From Candidatus Spyradenecus sp. (GTDB taxonomy: Bacteria > Verrucomicrobiota > Verrucomicrobiia > Opitutales > UBA953), in assembly GCA_045535075.1 (NCBI GenBank), contig JAZSKX010000014.1, positions 64,001 to 128,000 on the forward strand: 64,000 nt of DNA. Reading direction: 5' to 3'. Below the pieces are notes generated by a model that did not search any database, had not been told where the DNA came from, and saw only the letters and a program-made list of their open reading frames with translations. Below, one piece after another: positions 29,953 to 39,334 of the stretch. Numbering within the stretch: position 1 is the first letter of the stretch; the number at the start of each line of letters is the position of its first letter. A program made the position numbers and the translations under genes.

Positions 29953-31035
29953 ATGCACGCAATTGACGAAATAATCGAACACGCTTACAAAACAACGGAT
30001 TTTCCCGCACTCAATTTCCAGACGGAAACGTGGGCAAAAAATCGCCCGCTCGACGGCTTGCGCATTATTGATGCGTCGCCGATTTTCCGTAATACGCTTA
30101 CAAAATATCGTGCGCTGATTGCGGCGGGAGCACAACTTTCCGTCGGATTGACCGAGCTGTTCCCGCATGACCCGAAAATCAAAAAAATGCTCGAAGAGGC
30201 AGGCGTTCCCGTGGTTCGCAATGACGGACAAACATTCGACGTTGACCTGATTTTAGATAACGCCGGATCGTTTTCCGCGTGGTCGCCGCGACTCGGATAC
30301 GTTGAGCTGACACGCTCCGGAGCCGAGAAATATGCCGTTGCGGAAAAACCTGTTTTCTTTGCGGATGGCGGCCGGATTAAACGCATTGAAACCTGTCTCG
30401 GAACCGGCGAAGGTTTTTACCGCGCGATGGAACAGCTTGGCTACGCCGATTGGAACGGGAAAAAACTGCTTGTGTTCGGTAGCGGAAAGGTCGGCTCCGG
30501 GCTTGTCTTTTATGCGAAACGTAAAGGCGCGCATGTTACCGTTGTTTCTGACCCGGCAAGCGCGACTCCGCTGGTGCGTTCCCGCGCCGACGCAATTATT
30601 GATTTTCGCGATGAAGCTGCCGTGATTGCCGCCGTTTCCGATGCCTTTGCCGTTGTTTCCGCAACCGGAGTTTGCGGCGCGCACGACCGGGGAAGCCTTC
30701 CCGAAGCGCTCGCGGCTTCGTCGGCATTGCTCGCAAATATGGGCGTGGAAGACGAGTTCGGACCGCGCGTTCCCGCAACGCGTGTTTTGGGAGAGAAAAA
30801 ATCTCTGAATTTTTTCCTCGAAGAACCGACGCACTTGCGCTACATCGACGCGACTTTGGCGCTTCACAATGCGGGAGCGGTTTTTCTCGCAAAACATGCG
30901 GGAACTCTTGCATCCGGTTTGTTGACCCCGCCGGAAAGCGTTGAAGAGGAAATTCTGCGCATTACGCGGGAACGCGGAATTATCGCGGAAGAAATGAAAA
31001 TTCTCGGCGAGCTTGAAGACGGAAAGAAAGCTTAA
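29953..31035 (+). CDS. Divergent S-adenosylhomocysteine-hydrolase-like NAD-binding protein
   Basis: ELTRSG, IETCLGTGEG, VFGSGKVGSG (Rossmann) and LANMGVEDEF resemble AhcY segments. Confidence 0.65.
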   Translation: MHAIDEIIEHAYKTTDFPALNFQTETWAKNRPLDGLRIIDASPIFRNTLTKYRALIAAGAQLSVGLTELFPHDPKIKKMLEEAGVPVVRNDGQTFDVDLILDNAGSFSAWSPRLGYVELTRSGAEKYAVAEKPVFFADGGRIKRIETCLGTGEGFYRAMEQLGYADWNGKKLLVFGSGKVGSGLVFYAKRKGAHVTVVSDPASATPLVRSRADAIIDFRDEAAVIAAVSDAFAVVSATGVCGAHDRGSLPEALAASSALLANMGVEDEFGPRVPATRVLGEKKSLNFFLEEPTHLRYIDATLALHNAGAVFLAKHAGTLASGLLTPPESVEEEILRITRERGIIAEEMKILGELEDGKKA

Positions 31036-31150
31036 AACTCAAAGATTAGAGGCGGAAGAGTTCTCAGACAATTTTCCTCTCCGCTCTCGCTTTTCTTGCA
31101 TGTCTGCAACCGGCAGAGTAAATTTCCCGCGAAGTTTAATGACATAAATT

Positions 31151-33667
31151 ATGAAAATTTCTGAAAAAATCGGAGTCCTGAAATTCGGATTCTGTATTCT
31201 TGTTTTACTTACATTATCCGGAATTTGCGCGCTAGCGGAAGATTTGCGCGTCCGTATCTCGCCCGGACGAGTCACGGAAAATCAAATGGCGCATCTCAAT
31301 ATTTATAGCGACGACGGCGGAAAAATTAGGATTAATGCGCTCCCGCAGGTCGACGGTTTAACGTGGCATCCGAATGTGACGGGTTCGCAAACAACGATTG
31401 TCAACGGAAAGCTTTCTTCTTCTGTCAGTATCGGCTTCACGGTTTCTCGGGCCGGCGAGGTTGTCATTCCGCGAATTCAACTTGAAACACCCGAAGGAAA
31501 ACAGTTTACGCAGTCCGTGAAATTTACGGTCGGCAAACTTTCTACGGGAATGTTTCGCGAAGACGGAACGGAAATGCCGCTTTCCGAAGCCGTTTTTTTG
31601 CACATTCAGCCGCAGGACCAAACGCGCACGACCTATTTTGTCGGAGAAGAAATTCCGCTTTACGTCGCCGCGCTTTCGCGTCCTGACATTAATGTTTCTT
31701 TGAATGCGGCGCCGCAACTCGGCGGGAACGACTCCGCGTTCACCGCTACGGAACGCGGGGCGACGCGTCAGGAAGTGCGTTTCCGTGGTGAAGCTTACAA
31801 CGCGTCCTTATTTCTCTTTGATTTACGCGCGATGAAAACCGGGAAATTCGACATCGTGTTTTCCGCAACGGCGTCTTGCGTTTTCGGCGGCGCGCGCGAC
31901 CCGTTTGAAGAACAATTCTTCGGAGGAAGTCTTCGCGTGAGCGGACTCGGATTCGGGATGTCCGGCGGGAATCGCGTCGCGCTCCCGCTCAAAGGAGAGC
32001 TTAAAAATGTTACGATTCTTCCGCGCCCGCCCGTTCCCGCAGGTGCGATTGATCTGGGCGTTATTTCCGAGGAAACTCCGCAATGGACGCTTTCGAGCAC
32101 GACGCCGAGGCAGGGCGATCCGGTTTACCTCGACTTAACGCTTGCGGGAAACGCAACGGGGCTTATTCCTCCCGAGCCGAAAATTGACGGATTTCGCACT
32201 TATCCGGCGGAAGTTTCGACGCTCGACAATCGTGCAACCCGTGTCCGTATGATGCTCATTCCGCTTGCCGCCGGAGAACAAAAGCTGGCGCTGAACTTTG
32301 CGACGCTGAATCCGGCAACACAGCAATACACGATCACGCGGATTGAAAAAACGCTTCAAGTGGAAAAAAATGCAACACTCGCCGCTCCCGCGACGACAGC
32401 CGTTGTTCCGCTTGAACCCGAAAATTCGGATTCGGCGGTTTCCGCAGAAAATAACGCACCGCAGACAATCGCTTATATCCGACCGCTCGATGCGAAAATA
32501 CTTGAACGCGGGAAAACGCCTCCCGGAAAAAAACTTTGGATTCCGTTTGCCGGTACGGGCGTCATCTTGCTCGCGTGCGCCGGAATTATGATTTTCCGTT
32601 CCCGTAAGCATGACGATTCTTCGGAGGCGCTGCGTAAGCGGGCGCGTTCCCGCAAGAATGAACTTCTGAAAAAACTTGCGGCAAGTACGCCCGAAAATTT
32701 TGATGCGTTGGTTCGCAGTGAAGTTGCCGATTATCTTGCCGATGCCAATGCCGCGACTTCGCTGGATGCGATTCGCGGTGAAATGAAGAAAAAAAATGCC
32801 GCACTTGCCGAAGTTATCGATGCTGCAGAAAACGCAGGATATCGACCGAATGCGCGCTGCGAGCATTTTGAAAAATTCCGGGAAATTGTCGTTAAAGCCG
32901 TGAAGCGCGGAGCATTTCTTTTCGTCGCGGGAATTCTTTTTCTTGCACTCCCGCAACGCGCCGAGGCATCCGCCGAGCCCGTTGCCGTCGAACAGAAAAT
33001 CCTCGAAGCGGAAAATGCTTACGCTAACGGGAATTTCGAAAAAGCGCGGGAAGGCTTCGCAGAGCTCAGCAAGCTTGCCCCTTATTCGCCTGACATTTGG
33101 TTCAATCTCGGCAATGCTCTTTACGGGCAAAAACAATTTGCTCCGGCCTTGGCGTGTTATGAGCGCGCGTGGCGACTGGACGTCGGACGTTCCGATATTT
33201 TGGCAAACCTCAACGCCGCCCGCGTAAAACTCAAGCTTCCGCTGGTCAACGAAGTCAAAAATCCCGCAGATTTTTTTGTCGTTTTGCGCGATTCTTTTTC
33301 TCCGTTCATGTGGACGATTTTTGCCTGTACCGCTTTGTCTGCGGGAGCAATCGTCTTCACTCTTATCCGTAAAAAGCGCGCACTTGTTGTCGTGCTTGCC
33401 TTCGGAATTTTCGGGTTCTGCATGGCGAATTTCTTTTCTCAGCAAAAAGTCTTGCGCGATGATTCGGCGGCAATCGTTGTCGCAAACGGCGCGGCGCTTT
33501 ACAGCCTTCCGATTAAAAATGTCGGGACAGCGCGCGAACTTTCTCAAGTTCCCGCGGGAACGGAAGTCTCCGTTTTGGAAGCGCGCGAATCCTGGTTTCT
33601 TGTCCGGCTTGCCGACGGTTTCGAAGGATGGGTGGAAAAAAGCGCAATCACCCGCCTTTGGGAATAA
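31151..33667 (+). CDS. BatD-like protein fused to a BatE-like TPR/TM/SH3 module
   Basis: Signal peptide, BatD-style beta domains, TM, TPR (WFNLGNALY...YERAWRL), SH3-like W..VRL.DG.EGWV. Confidence 0.8.
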   Translation: MKISEKIGVLKFGFCILVLLTLSGICALAEDLRVRISPGRVTENQMAHLNIYSDDGGKIRINALPQVDGLTWHPNVTGSQTTIVNGKLSSSVSIGFTVSRAGEVVIPRIQLETPEGKQFTQSVKFTVGKLSTGMFREDGTEMPLSEAVFLHIQPQDQTRTTYFVGEEIPLYVAALSRPDINVSLNAAPQLGGNDSAFTATERGATRQEVRFRGEAYNASLFLFDLRAMKTGKFDIVFSATASCVFGGARDPFEEQFFGGSLRVSGLGFGMSGGNRVALPLKGELKNVTILPRPPVPAGAIDLGVISEETPQWTLSSTTPRQGDPVYLDLTLAGNATGLIPPEPKIDGFRTYPAEVSTLDNRATRVRMMLIPLAAGEQKLALNFATLNPATQQYTITRIEKTLQVEKNATLAAPATTAVVPLEPENSDSAVSAENNAPQTIAYIRPLDAKILERGKTPPGKKLWIPFAGTGVILLACAGIMIFRSRKHDDSSEALRKRARSRKNELLKKLAASTPENFDALVRSEVADYLADANAATSLDAIRGEMKKKNAALAEVIDAAENAGYRPNARCEHFEKFREIVVKAVKRGAFLFVAGILFLALPQRAEASAEPVAVEQKILEAENAYANGNFEKAREGFAELSKLAPYSPDIWFNLGNALYGQKQFAPALACYERAWRLDVGRSDILANLNAARVKLKLPLVNEVKNPADFFVVLRDSFSPFMWTIFACTALSAGAIVFTLIRKKRALVVVLAFGIFGFCMANFFSQQKVLRDDSAAIVVANGAALYSLPIKNVGTARELSQVPAGTEVSVLEARESWFLVRLADGFEGWVEKSAITRLWE

Positions 33668-33703
33668 GCCTCGGTTCCGGATTTTACAATTCGCGGGAAC
33701 GCC

Positions 33704-33772
33704 AAAAAACTCCGAAGCTTTCAATCTTACGGGAGCGCGATGGCTCAAGATTGAAAGCTTCGGAGCTTTTTT
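33704..33772. terminator. Long inverted repeat/bidirectional terminator
   Basis: CTCCGAAGCTTTCAATCTT ... AAGATTGAAAGCTTCGGAG with A and T tracts, between convergent genes. Confidence 0.8.
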
Positions 33773-33815
33773 GTTTATAGGCGTGTAATTGAAGCCGCCT
33801 TTTTAAAAACGACAA

Positions 33816-35264
33816 TTACTTCATCGCGAGCGCCATTTTGTTCGCGGTGATGACGCCGTAATTGATCGTGCCGAGCCAGCCCGACATGATGATGCCGACC
33901 GATCCCGCGTGGTAAAGCCCGCGCACTTTTTCCGGCAATTCCATCGAAATCTTCAAACCCTCGAATTTCGTGCCGAACGAGGTGCCGTCGCGATGGCGCA
34001 CGTAGCGTTTGACGGTGCGCGGCGTCGCGGCTTCCACCCAATCGACCTTGGCGCGGATGTCCGGAATGTATTTTTCAAGCCCGGCAAACGATTCTTCGAT
34101 GATACGTTTTTTCTCCGCTTCGTAGGCTTCGTCGGAAAGATTTTCCCAGTTCGAAAAACGCTGATTAATCGACGTTACAATCGCGTAATGCGGGATTTTG
34201 CGTTGCGGGCGCGTGTCCGGATAGTAAACCGAGTAAGTGCGGGAGCTCGTGTGCAAATCGACGAGGTCGTCGCTGTCGAATTTCGGTGCTTCCGAGGTGA
34301 AAACGAGATCGCCGATGTGCGGGATCGTTTCGCCTTCGCGAATGCCCATGTAAACCTGGCAGGAAGAGGTGTTGACGCGCACGGCTTCGGATTCCGCGAG
34401 AAAATCGGCGGGAACGGTTCCCGGTTCAAGCATCTCTTCCACGGTATTGCGGATATTCGCGTTGGAAAGCACGGATTTGCAGGCGATTTCGACCGTTTCG
34501 CCGAAGCGCATATCGCGGACGCGCACGCCGCGCACTGCGGGAACGCCGTCGGTGCCGGTTTCGGTCAGAATCTTTTCCGCGAGGCAGTTGCGGCGGATGT
34601 CGACACCGTTTTTCTTGAGCTCTTCCGTCATTTTTTGAATGAGCAAATCGGTTCCGCCCTGGAAAATGTAAACGCCGCGGCTCATGAAGTTGGAAAAAAC
34701 AATTCCGTAGGTAATCGCGGGTTCGTTGAGCGTGGAACCGTTCGCGTAGGCGATCGGCTCAAGCAACAGGCGCCAAACGTCGGTGCGTCCGGGGAAAAAT
34801 TCTTCGAAGAGTTCCCGCGTTGTGCGTTTGTCGTTGTCGTAATAATTCATCTGCGCGAGATGCTCGAAAAATCCGTGAACGCGCTCGGCGGGAACGTTGA
34901 ATTTTTCGATGAGAATGCGCGTGAAATCTTCGCGGTCGAATGTCGTTTGAATATTAAATTCCGGATTGATGAAGCGGATGTCTTTGAGCTGGCGAATCGA
35001 ATCCGCGATTTCCTTGCTCCAGTATTTGCGGCAGGACTTAATCATGCCGTGCGGGAAACCGTGCAGGGAGATGTCAAAAATGTGTCCGCCCGGACGCTTA
35101 AAATACGTCGCGAGTCCGCCGAGCTGGTAGTGGTGTTCCAAGAGCAAAACGGAATGTCCCGCCTTGGCGAGATAGTTTGCGCCGGTGAGCCCGGCGAGCC
35201 CGCTGCCGATGACGATGGCGTCGTAAGATTTTTGAATGCCGAAAAGCGGATTGGAAGCTTGCAT
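33816..35264 (-). CDS. Phytoene-desaturase-family FAD-dependent oxidoreductase
   Basis: [13 protein letters not shown]...[26 protein letters not shown]. Confidence 0.85.
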   Translation of the reverse strand: MQASNPLFGIQKSYDAIVIGSGLAGLTGANYLAKAGHSVLLLEHHYQLGGLATYFKRPGGHIFDISLHGFPHGMIKSCRKYWSKEIADSIRQLKDIRFINPEFNIQTTFDREDFTRILIEKFNVPAERVHGFFEHLAQMNYYDNDKRTTRELFEEFFPGRTDVWRLLLEPIAYANGSTLNEPAITYGIVFSNFMSRGVYIFQGGTDLLIQKMTEELKKNGVDIRRNCLAEKILTETGTDGVPAVRGVRVRDMRFGETVEIACKSVLSNANIRNTVEEMLEPGTVPADFLAESEAVRVNTSSCQVYMGIREGETIPHIGDLVFTSEAPKFDSDDLVDLHTSSRTYSVYYPDTRPQRKIPHYAIVTSINQRFSNWENLSDEAYEAEKKRIIEESFAGLEKYIPDIRAKVDWVEAATPRTVKRYVRHRDGTSFGTKFEGLKISMELPEKVRGLYHAGSVGIIMSGWLGTINYGVITANKMALAMK

Positions 35265-35671
35265 CTTATTTGAACTTATAAAAATAGACGAAAATAATGA
35301 ATCATATATTTTTGTTGTTCATTGTGCAACGGAATAAAAGAGTTGTCTTCGGATTTAGCAGTGTCGATGAAAAATTCGCTCCCGGACGGAAAATCACTCG
35401 CGGGAACGCGAATCGCCGAAGAAAATAAACTCCGATTAGCCCGGTTTCTGCTTGGCGAACTTTGCGATCTCTGCGAGAGAAAATTTTTTTGCGGGAACGC
35501 GAATATACAATCGAGAAATCCGCGTTTTCTTCGTGTATTCTGTGGAAAATTTACGCTTCCCCTAAGTCGTACGCCTTTTTGCTTCGCAGGACGGGCGGGA
35601 ATGTTTGTACGTATGCGATTTTTCGCTTATAAAATCTTGCCAGTGTTCCCGTAGAATCGTGAAATGAAAGC

Positions 35672-36298
35672 ATGAATATTTTTAAGAATTTTCAAACCGG
35701 AATTTTGCGCTTTTGTTGCGCGTTGATTTGTCTCTTAGGCTTTGCCGCCTGCTCGGAAATTTCTAATCAAAATACTATGAGTACCAATACAGTAGAAGAA
35801 GTGGCTGTCCTCACGACGAGTGACGGCGAAATGGTCATTAAATTCTGGCCGGAAGTCGCTCCCAAAACCGTCGAAAATTTTAAAAAGCTCGCACGCGAAG
35901 GCTTTTATGACGGAACGGCGTTCCACCGCGTCATCAAAGGCTTTATGATTCAAGGCGGCGACCCGCTTACGAAAGACGAAAGCAAGCGCGGCTTGTGGGG
36001 AACCGGCGGACCGGGCTACAATATCCGTGCCGAATTCAATACGAAGCCGCATGTCCGCGGTGTGATTTCGATGGCGCGTTCGCAGCATCCCGACAGTGCG
36101 GGTTCGCAGTTTTTCATTTGCCATGGCGATGCCCGTTTTCTTGACCGCCAATACACGGCATTCGGCGAATTGATTAAGGGCGACGAAGTGCTCGAAAAAA
36201 TCGCTTCCGTTCCCTGCACGGGGCCGGAGCGCAGTTCTCCGATTGAGCGCAAGGGGCTTGTCAGCGTGAAAATCGTTCCCGCAAGCGAAGTGAAATAA
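35672..36298 (+). CDS. Cyclophilin-type peptidyl-prolyl isomerase (possible lipoprotein)
   Basis: APKTVENF, FHRVIKGFMIQGGDP, SMARS...SAGSQFFI. Lipobox-like FAAC if the 35672 start is used. Confidence 0.93.
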   Translation: MNIFKNFQTGILRFCCALICLLGFAACSEISNQNTMSTNTVEEVAVLTTSDGEMVIKFWPEVAPKTVENFKKLAREGFYDGTAFHRVIKGFMIQGGDPLTKDESKRGLWGTGGPGYNIRAEFNTKPHVRGVISMARSQHPDSAGSQFFICHGDARFLDRQYTAFGELIKGDEVLEKIASVPCTGPERSSPIERKGLVSVKIVPASEVK

Positions 36299-36322
36299 CG
36301 TTGCGCATTTGAATTGATTTGC

Positions 36323-36357
36323 AAAAGAAACCGGTCGCCTTACCGGTTTCTTTTTTT
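36323..36357. terminator. Bidirectional terminator
   Basis: AAAAGAAACCGGT...ACCGGTTTCTTTT. Confidence 0.75.
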
Positions 36358-36738
36358 ATTTTTACGGGAACGGATGCTACCGGAAACGCCGATGCGCGGA
36401 TCTCCGCGCAAGATAAGCCGGACAATCGCTTCGGCAGTTTCTTCGTAATCCTCACTTTGGGCTCCGAGGCAGAGCCATTTTTTCAAAAAAGAGTGCTGCG
36501 CGAGCGCCGGAAATTCCGCCGAGAGCGACGCATGAAATTCCGGCGAAGTCGGAATCAAAATGCCTTCGCCGTCTTCGTCGCCGGCGGGAACGTAAAGCAA
36601 AACGTTTTTTTCTCCGATGTAAAACGACCAGCACCCGAAAGTGCGCCGCACAAAAAAGCCCTCGCGGGAGCGCAACGGTTCAATCAGCCATTCGCAGGGT
36701 GTTTCGTCACGGGAACGTTTAAACGAAGTAAATCGCAT
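36340..36738 (-). CDS. Small hypothetical protein, weak TfoX-N/YjbR-like signature
   Basis: 132 aa; RRTFGCWSFYIG, GILIPT, KWL, DPRIG. Confidence 0.6.
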   Translation of the reverse strand: MRFTSFKRSRDETPCEWLIEPLRSREGFFVRRTFGCWSFYIGEKNVLLYVPAGDEDGEGILIPTSPEFHASLSAEFPALAQHSFLKKWLCLGAQSEDYEETAEAIVRLILRGDPRIGVSGSIRSRKNKKRNR

Positions 36739-36947
36739 GGGGAAAAACGTTCTTCCGAACGATAAATGTATTCAGCCCGGGAGTAAACCGGATTCTCTCG
36801 CGGCAAACGTTGTTTAGGTTCGGATTTCCGTAAAACGGCAAAATCAAACGGCGAAGGCAAGCAAGCGTAGCGTGGAGCGATGTTCTTGCGCCCCGAAAAA
36901 ACCGTTCTCATTTCTTTGTAAAACCTCTCTGCTGTAGCTCCCCAATG

Positions 36948-36987
36948 AAAAAAGCGTTCCCGTGAGGAAATTCCGCGGGAACGCTTT
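36948..36987 (-). terminator. Terminator after the M18 peptidase, built from an inverted motif pair
   Basis: AAAAAAGCGTTCCCGTG-AGGAAATTC-CGCGGGAACGCTTT. Confidence 0.8.
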
Positions 36988-37008
36988 GTTGCTTCGAAAC
37001 AGCAAAAG

Positions 37009-38451
37009 CTACTTCGCTTCGAAGAAGGCTTTATACGCCTTGTATGTCATGTAGGTGTCGTGCTTGGAGGCGATTTCCCACGGCGCGTGCATGTTCAGAA
37101 GCGGTGTGCCCATGTCGATGACGTTCATGCCGTAGCGCGACATAAACATCGCAATCGTTCCGCCGCCACCGACGTCGACGCGCCCGAGCTCGCCGACTTG
37201 CCAGACGACGCCTGCCGCGTCGAAAATCTCGCGCAACTCGGCGACAAATTCCGCCGAAGCATCGTTGGCGCCGCCTTTCCCGCGCGCTCCCGTGTATTTA
37301 ATCATGCTCACGCCCGCGTTGAGAGCTGCCATGTTGCCCGGCGAGCTACTGTTCGGGAAGAGCGGATCGTGCGCGGCGCAAACGTCGGCGGAAAGCATTG
37401 AGGAGGCTTCGAGAGCGCGGCGGACGATAATGTCGGAATAATTTTTTTCCTGTCGGAAAATGAGTTCGGCGACGGAATTTTCAAAGAAGGTGGAATCCAT
37501 ACCGGTGGCACCGACGGAGCCGATTTCTTCCTTGTCGCAGAGCAGGACGACGGCGGTTTTCGCGGGAACGCCCTTGATGTCGAGCATTGCCTGAAGCCCG
37601 GCGAAAGCGCAAATGCGGTCGTCATGTCCGTAACCGGCGATGAGTGAGCGGTCCAAGCCCATTTCGCGCGGCATTCCGGCGGGAACGATTTCGAGTTCGG
37701 CGGAAATCAAATCCTGCTCGGTCAGTCCGTATTCTTCTTCGAGAATGCGCAGAACGTGGAGTTTGACTTTTTCCTTAACTTCTGAATCGTCCTTGGCTTC
37801 GGGGCAGGGCGTGGTGGCGATAACGAGGTCGAGATCTTCGCCCGGGAACGCTTCGCTGAGGACCTTGGCGGCTTGTGCCTGTCCGAGGTGCGGAAGGATG
37901 TCCGAAATCATGAAAATCGGGTCGCCCGGCTTGTCTCCGATGGCGATTTCGACTTTCGTGCCGTCCTTTCGGACGACGGTTCCGTAGAGAGCGAGCGGGT
38001 GCGCGACCCACTGGAATTTTTTGATGCCGCCGTAGTAATGTGTATCGAAATAAGCGATACCGTTTTTCTCGCAAAGCGGAACCGGCTTGAGGTCGATGCG
38101 CGGAGCGTCCGTGTGCCCGCCGACGACGCGTACGCCGCCCGAAACGGCGTCTTTCCCGATGACGGCTGCGAAAAGTGTTTTCCCGTGGTAGCCGCGATAA
38201 ACCTTGTCGCCGGGCTTGAGCGTTTTGGCGGACGCGAGCGGTTTGAAGCCTTGTTTTTCGAGCAGGCGAACGGCTTCCGAGTAGGCGCGGCGCTCGGTTT
38301 TCGCGACACTGAGGTAATTCATGTAGGTCGCGATGTAATTGTCGAGCGCTTTGCGTTCGGCGGGAACGAGTTTGTTGACGGAATCCTCGCGCTTGAAAAC
38401 GCCTTTCACGGCGGCGGGGGATTTTTTGTTTTCGGATTTTTTCGTAGCCAT
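37009..38451 (-). CDS. M18-family aminopeptidase (ApeA-like)
   Basis: GGHTDAPRIDLK, YYGGIKK, GHDDRIC, DKEEIGS, SADV, NMHAPWE. Start at ATG 38451. Confidence 0.92.
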   Translation of the reverse strand: MATKKSENKKSPAAVKGVFKREDSVNKLVPAERKALDNYIATYMNYLSVAKTERRAYSEAVRLLEKQGFKPLASAKTLKPGDKVYRGYHGKTLFAAVIGKDAVSGGVRVVGGHTDAPRIDLKPVPLCEKNGIAYFDTHYYGGIKKFQWVAHPLALYGTVVRKDGTKVEIAIGDKPGDPIFMISDILPHLGQAQAAKVLSEAFPGEDLDLVIATTPCPEAKDDSEVKEKVKLHVLRILEEEYGLTEQDLISAELEIVPAGMPREMGLDRSLIAGYGHDDRICAFAGLQAMLDIKGVPAKTAVVLLCDKEEIGSVGATGMDSTFFENSVAELIFRQEKNYSDIIVRRALEASSMLSADVCAAHDPLFPNSSSPGNMAALNAGVSMIKYTGARGKGGANDASAEFVAELREIFDAAGVVWQVGELGRVDVGGGGTIAMFMSRYGMNVIDMGTPLLNMHAPWEIASKHDTYMTYKAYKAFFEAK

Positions 38452-38573
38452 ATTGCGACGAATTTTGGTGTCTAAAAAACGTTTTTTCAAACGCAAATAA
38501 CATCTTCGAATTCTATTCTTTTTCGAATTTTCCCCGAAAATTTAGAGCCCAAGCTGATACGTATTCGCTCACC

Positions 38574-38936
38574 GCTTTGCCTTGATTCCAAAAGTTCTTT
38601 CGGCAAAATTCACAGAACATCACGGGTAGACCAACGTAGCTTTGCCTTGATTCCAAAAGTTCTTTCGGCAAAATGCGCCATTCCAATTAGCCACCGGGCT
38701 TGACGCTTTGCCTTGATTCCAAAAGTTCTTTCGGCAAAATTATTCTTCTCCTTCTTCGATCCCCGAGATTGCTTTGCCTTGATTCCAAAAGTTCTTTCGG
38801 CAAAATTAAGCTCTCAACTCTCCTACGCCATCGGAGCTTTGCCTTGATTCCAAAAGTTCTTTCGGCAAAATCAGCGGAACTGTCGGCGGCGTTTTCATTG
38901 GCTTTGCCTTGATTCCAAAAGTTCTTTCGGCAAAAT
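38574..38936 (+). CRISPR. CRISPR array: 6 identical 36-bp repeats (GCTTTGCCTTGATTCCAAAAGTTCTTTCGGCAAAAT) and 5 spacers of 29-30 bp
   Basis: Repeats start at 38574, 38639, 38705, 38771, 38836 and 38901; adjacent to cas2. The + orientation is inferred from anti-repeat pairing and the 3' AAAAT end. Confidence 0.98.
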
Positions 38937-39001
38937 AGCAGTCTCCAAACCCGCTTAAATACTTGGGTTGGAGATATGCGTTTTGTCGAAAAACTATTTT
39001 T

Positions 39002-39334
39002 TTACCAAAAAAGCAGCTGCTCCGGGAACGTTTCCGGAGAGTCCGAGTTTGGCGGTCCGTGAACGATATACATACGTTCCCATTGTGCTTGCGTAACGTA
39101 GAGCGCTCGCACATGTCCTTCCGGCGGAATGTTCATTTTCAGGCGACGCATCTGAGTTTGCATCCGGTTGTGACTGACGCAGGCACGCGCGTAAACCGAA
39201 TATTGGATCATCAGATAACCTTGTTCTAAGAGAAATTTTCGAAAATCCGTCGCGCGTTTTCGCTGAGGCGGAGTCATCACAGGCAGATCAAAAACGACTA
39301 ACATCCAGCCCATTTTGAATCGATAGCCATCCAC
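39002..39334 (-). CDS. cas2: CRISPR-associated endonuclease Cas2
   Basis: WMLVVFDLP, FRKFLLEQGY.MIQYSVYAR, type II-style C-terminus QLLFW. Confidence 0.96.
   Translation of the reverse strand: MDGYRFKMGWMLVVFDLPVMTPPQRKRATDFRKFLLEQGYLMIQYSVYARACVSHNRMQTQMRRLKMNIPPEGHVRALYVTQAQWERMYIVHGPPNSDSPETFPEQLLFW

Noticed and set aside
38872..38900. Spacer 5 as self-targeting or motif-bearing (GCGGAAC)
   Set aside because: It is one base short of the motif, and I saw no protospacer in the window.
38700..38912. 70-aa ORF with repeated LCLDSKSSFGKI
   Set aside because: It is a translation of the CRISPR repeats.
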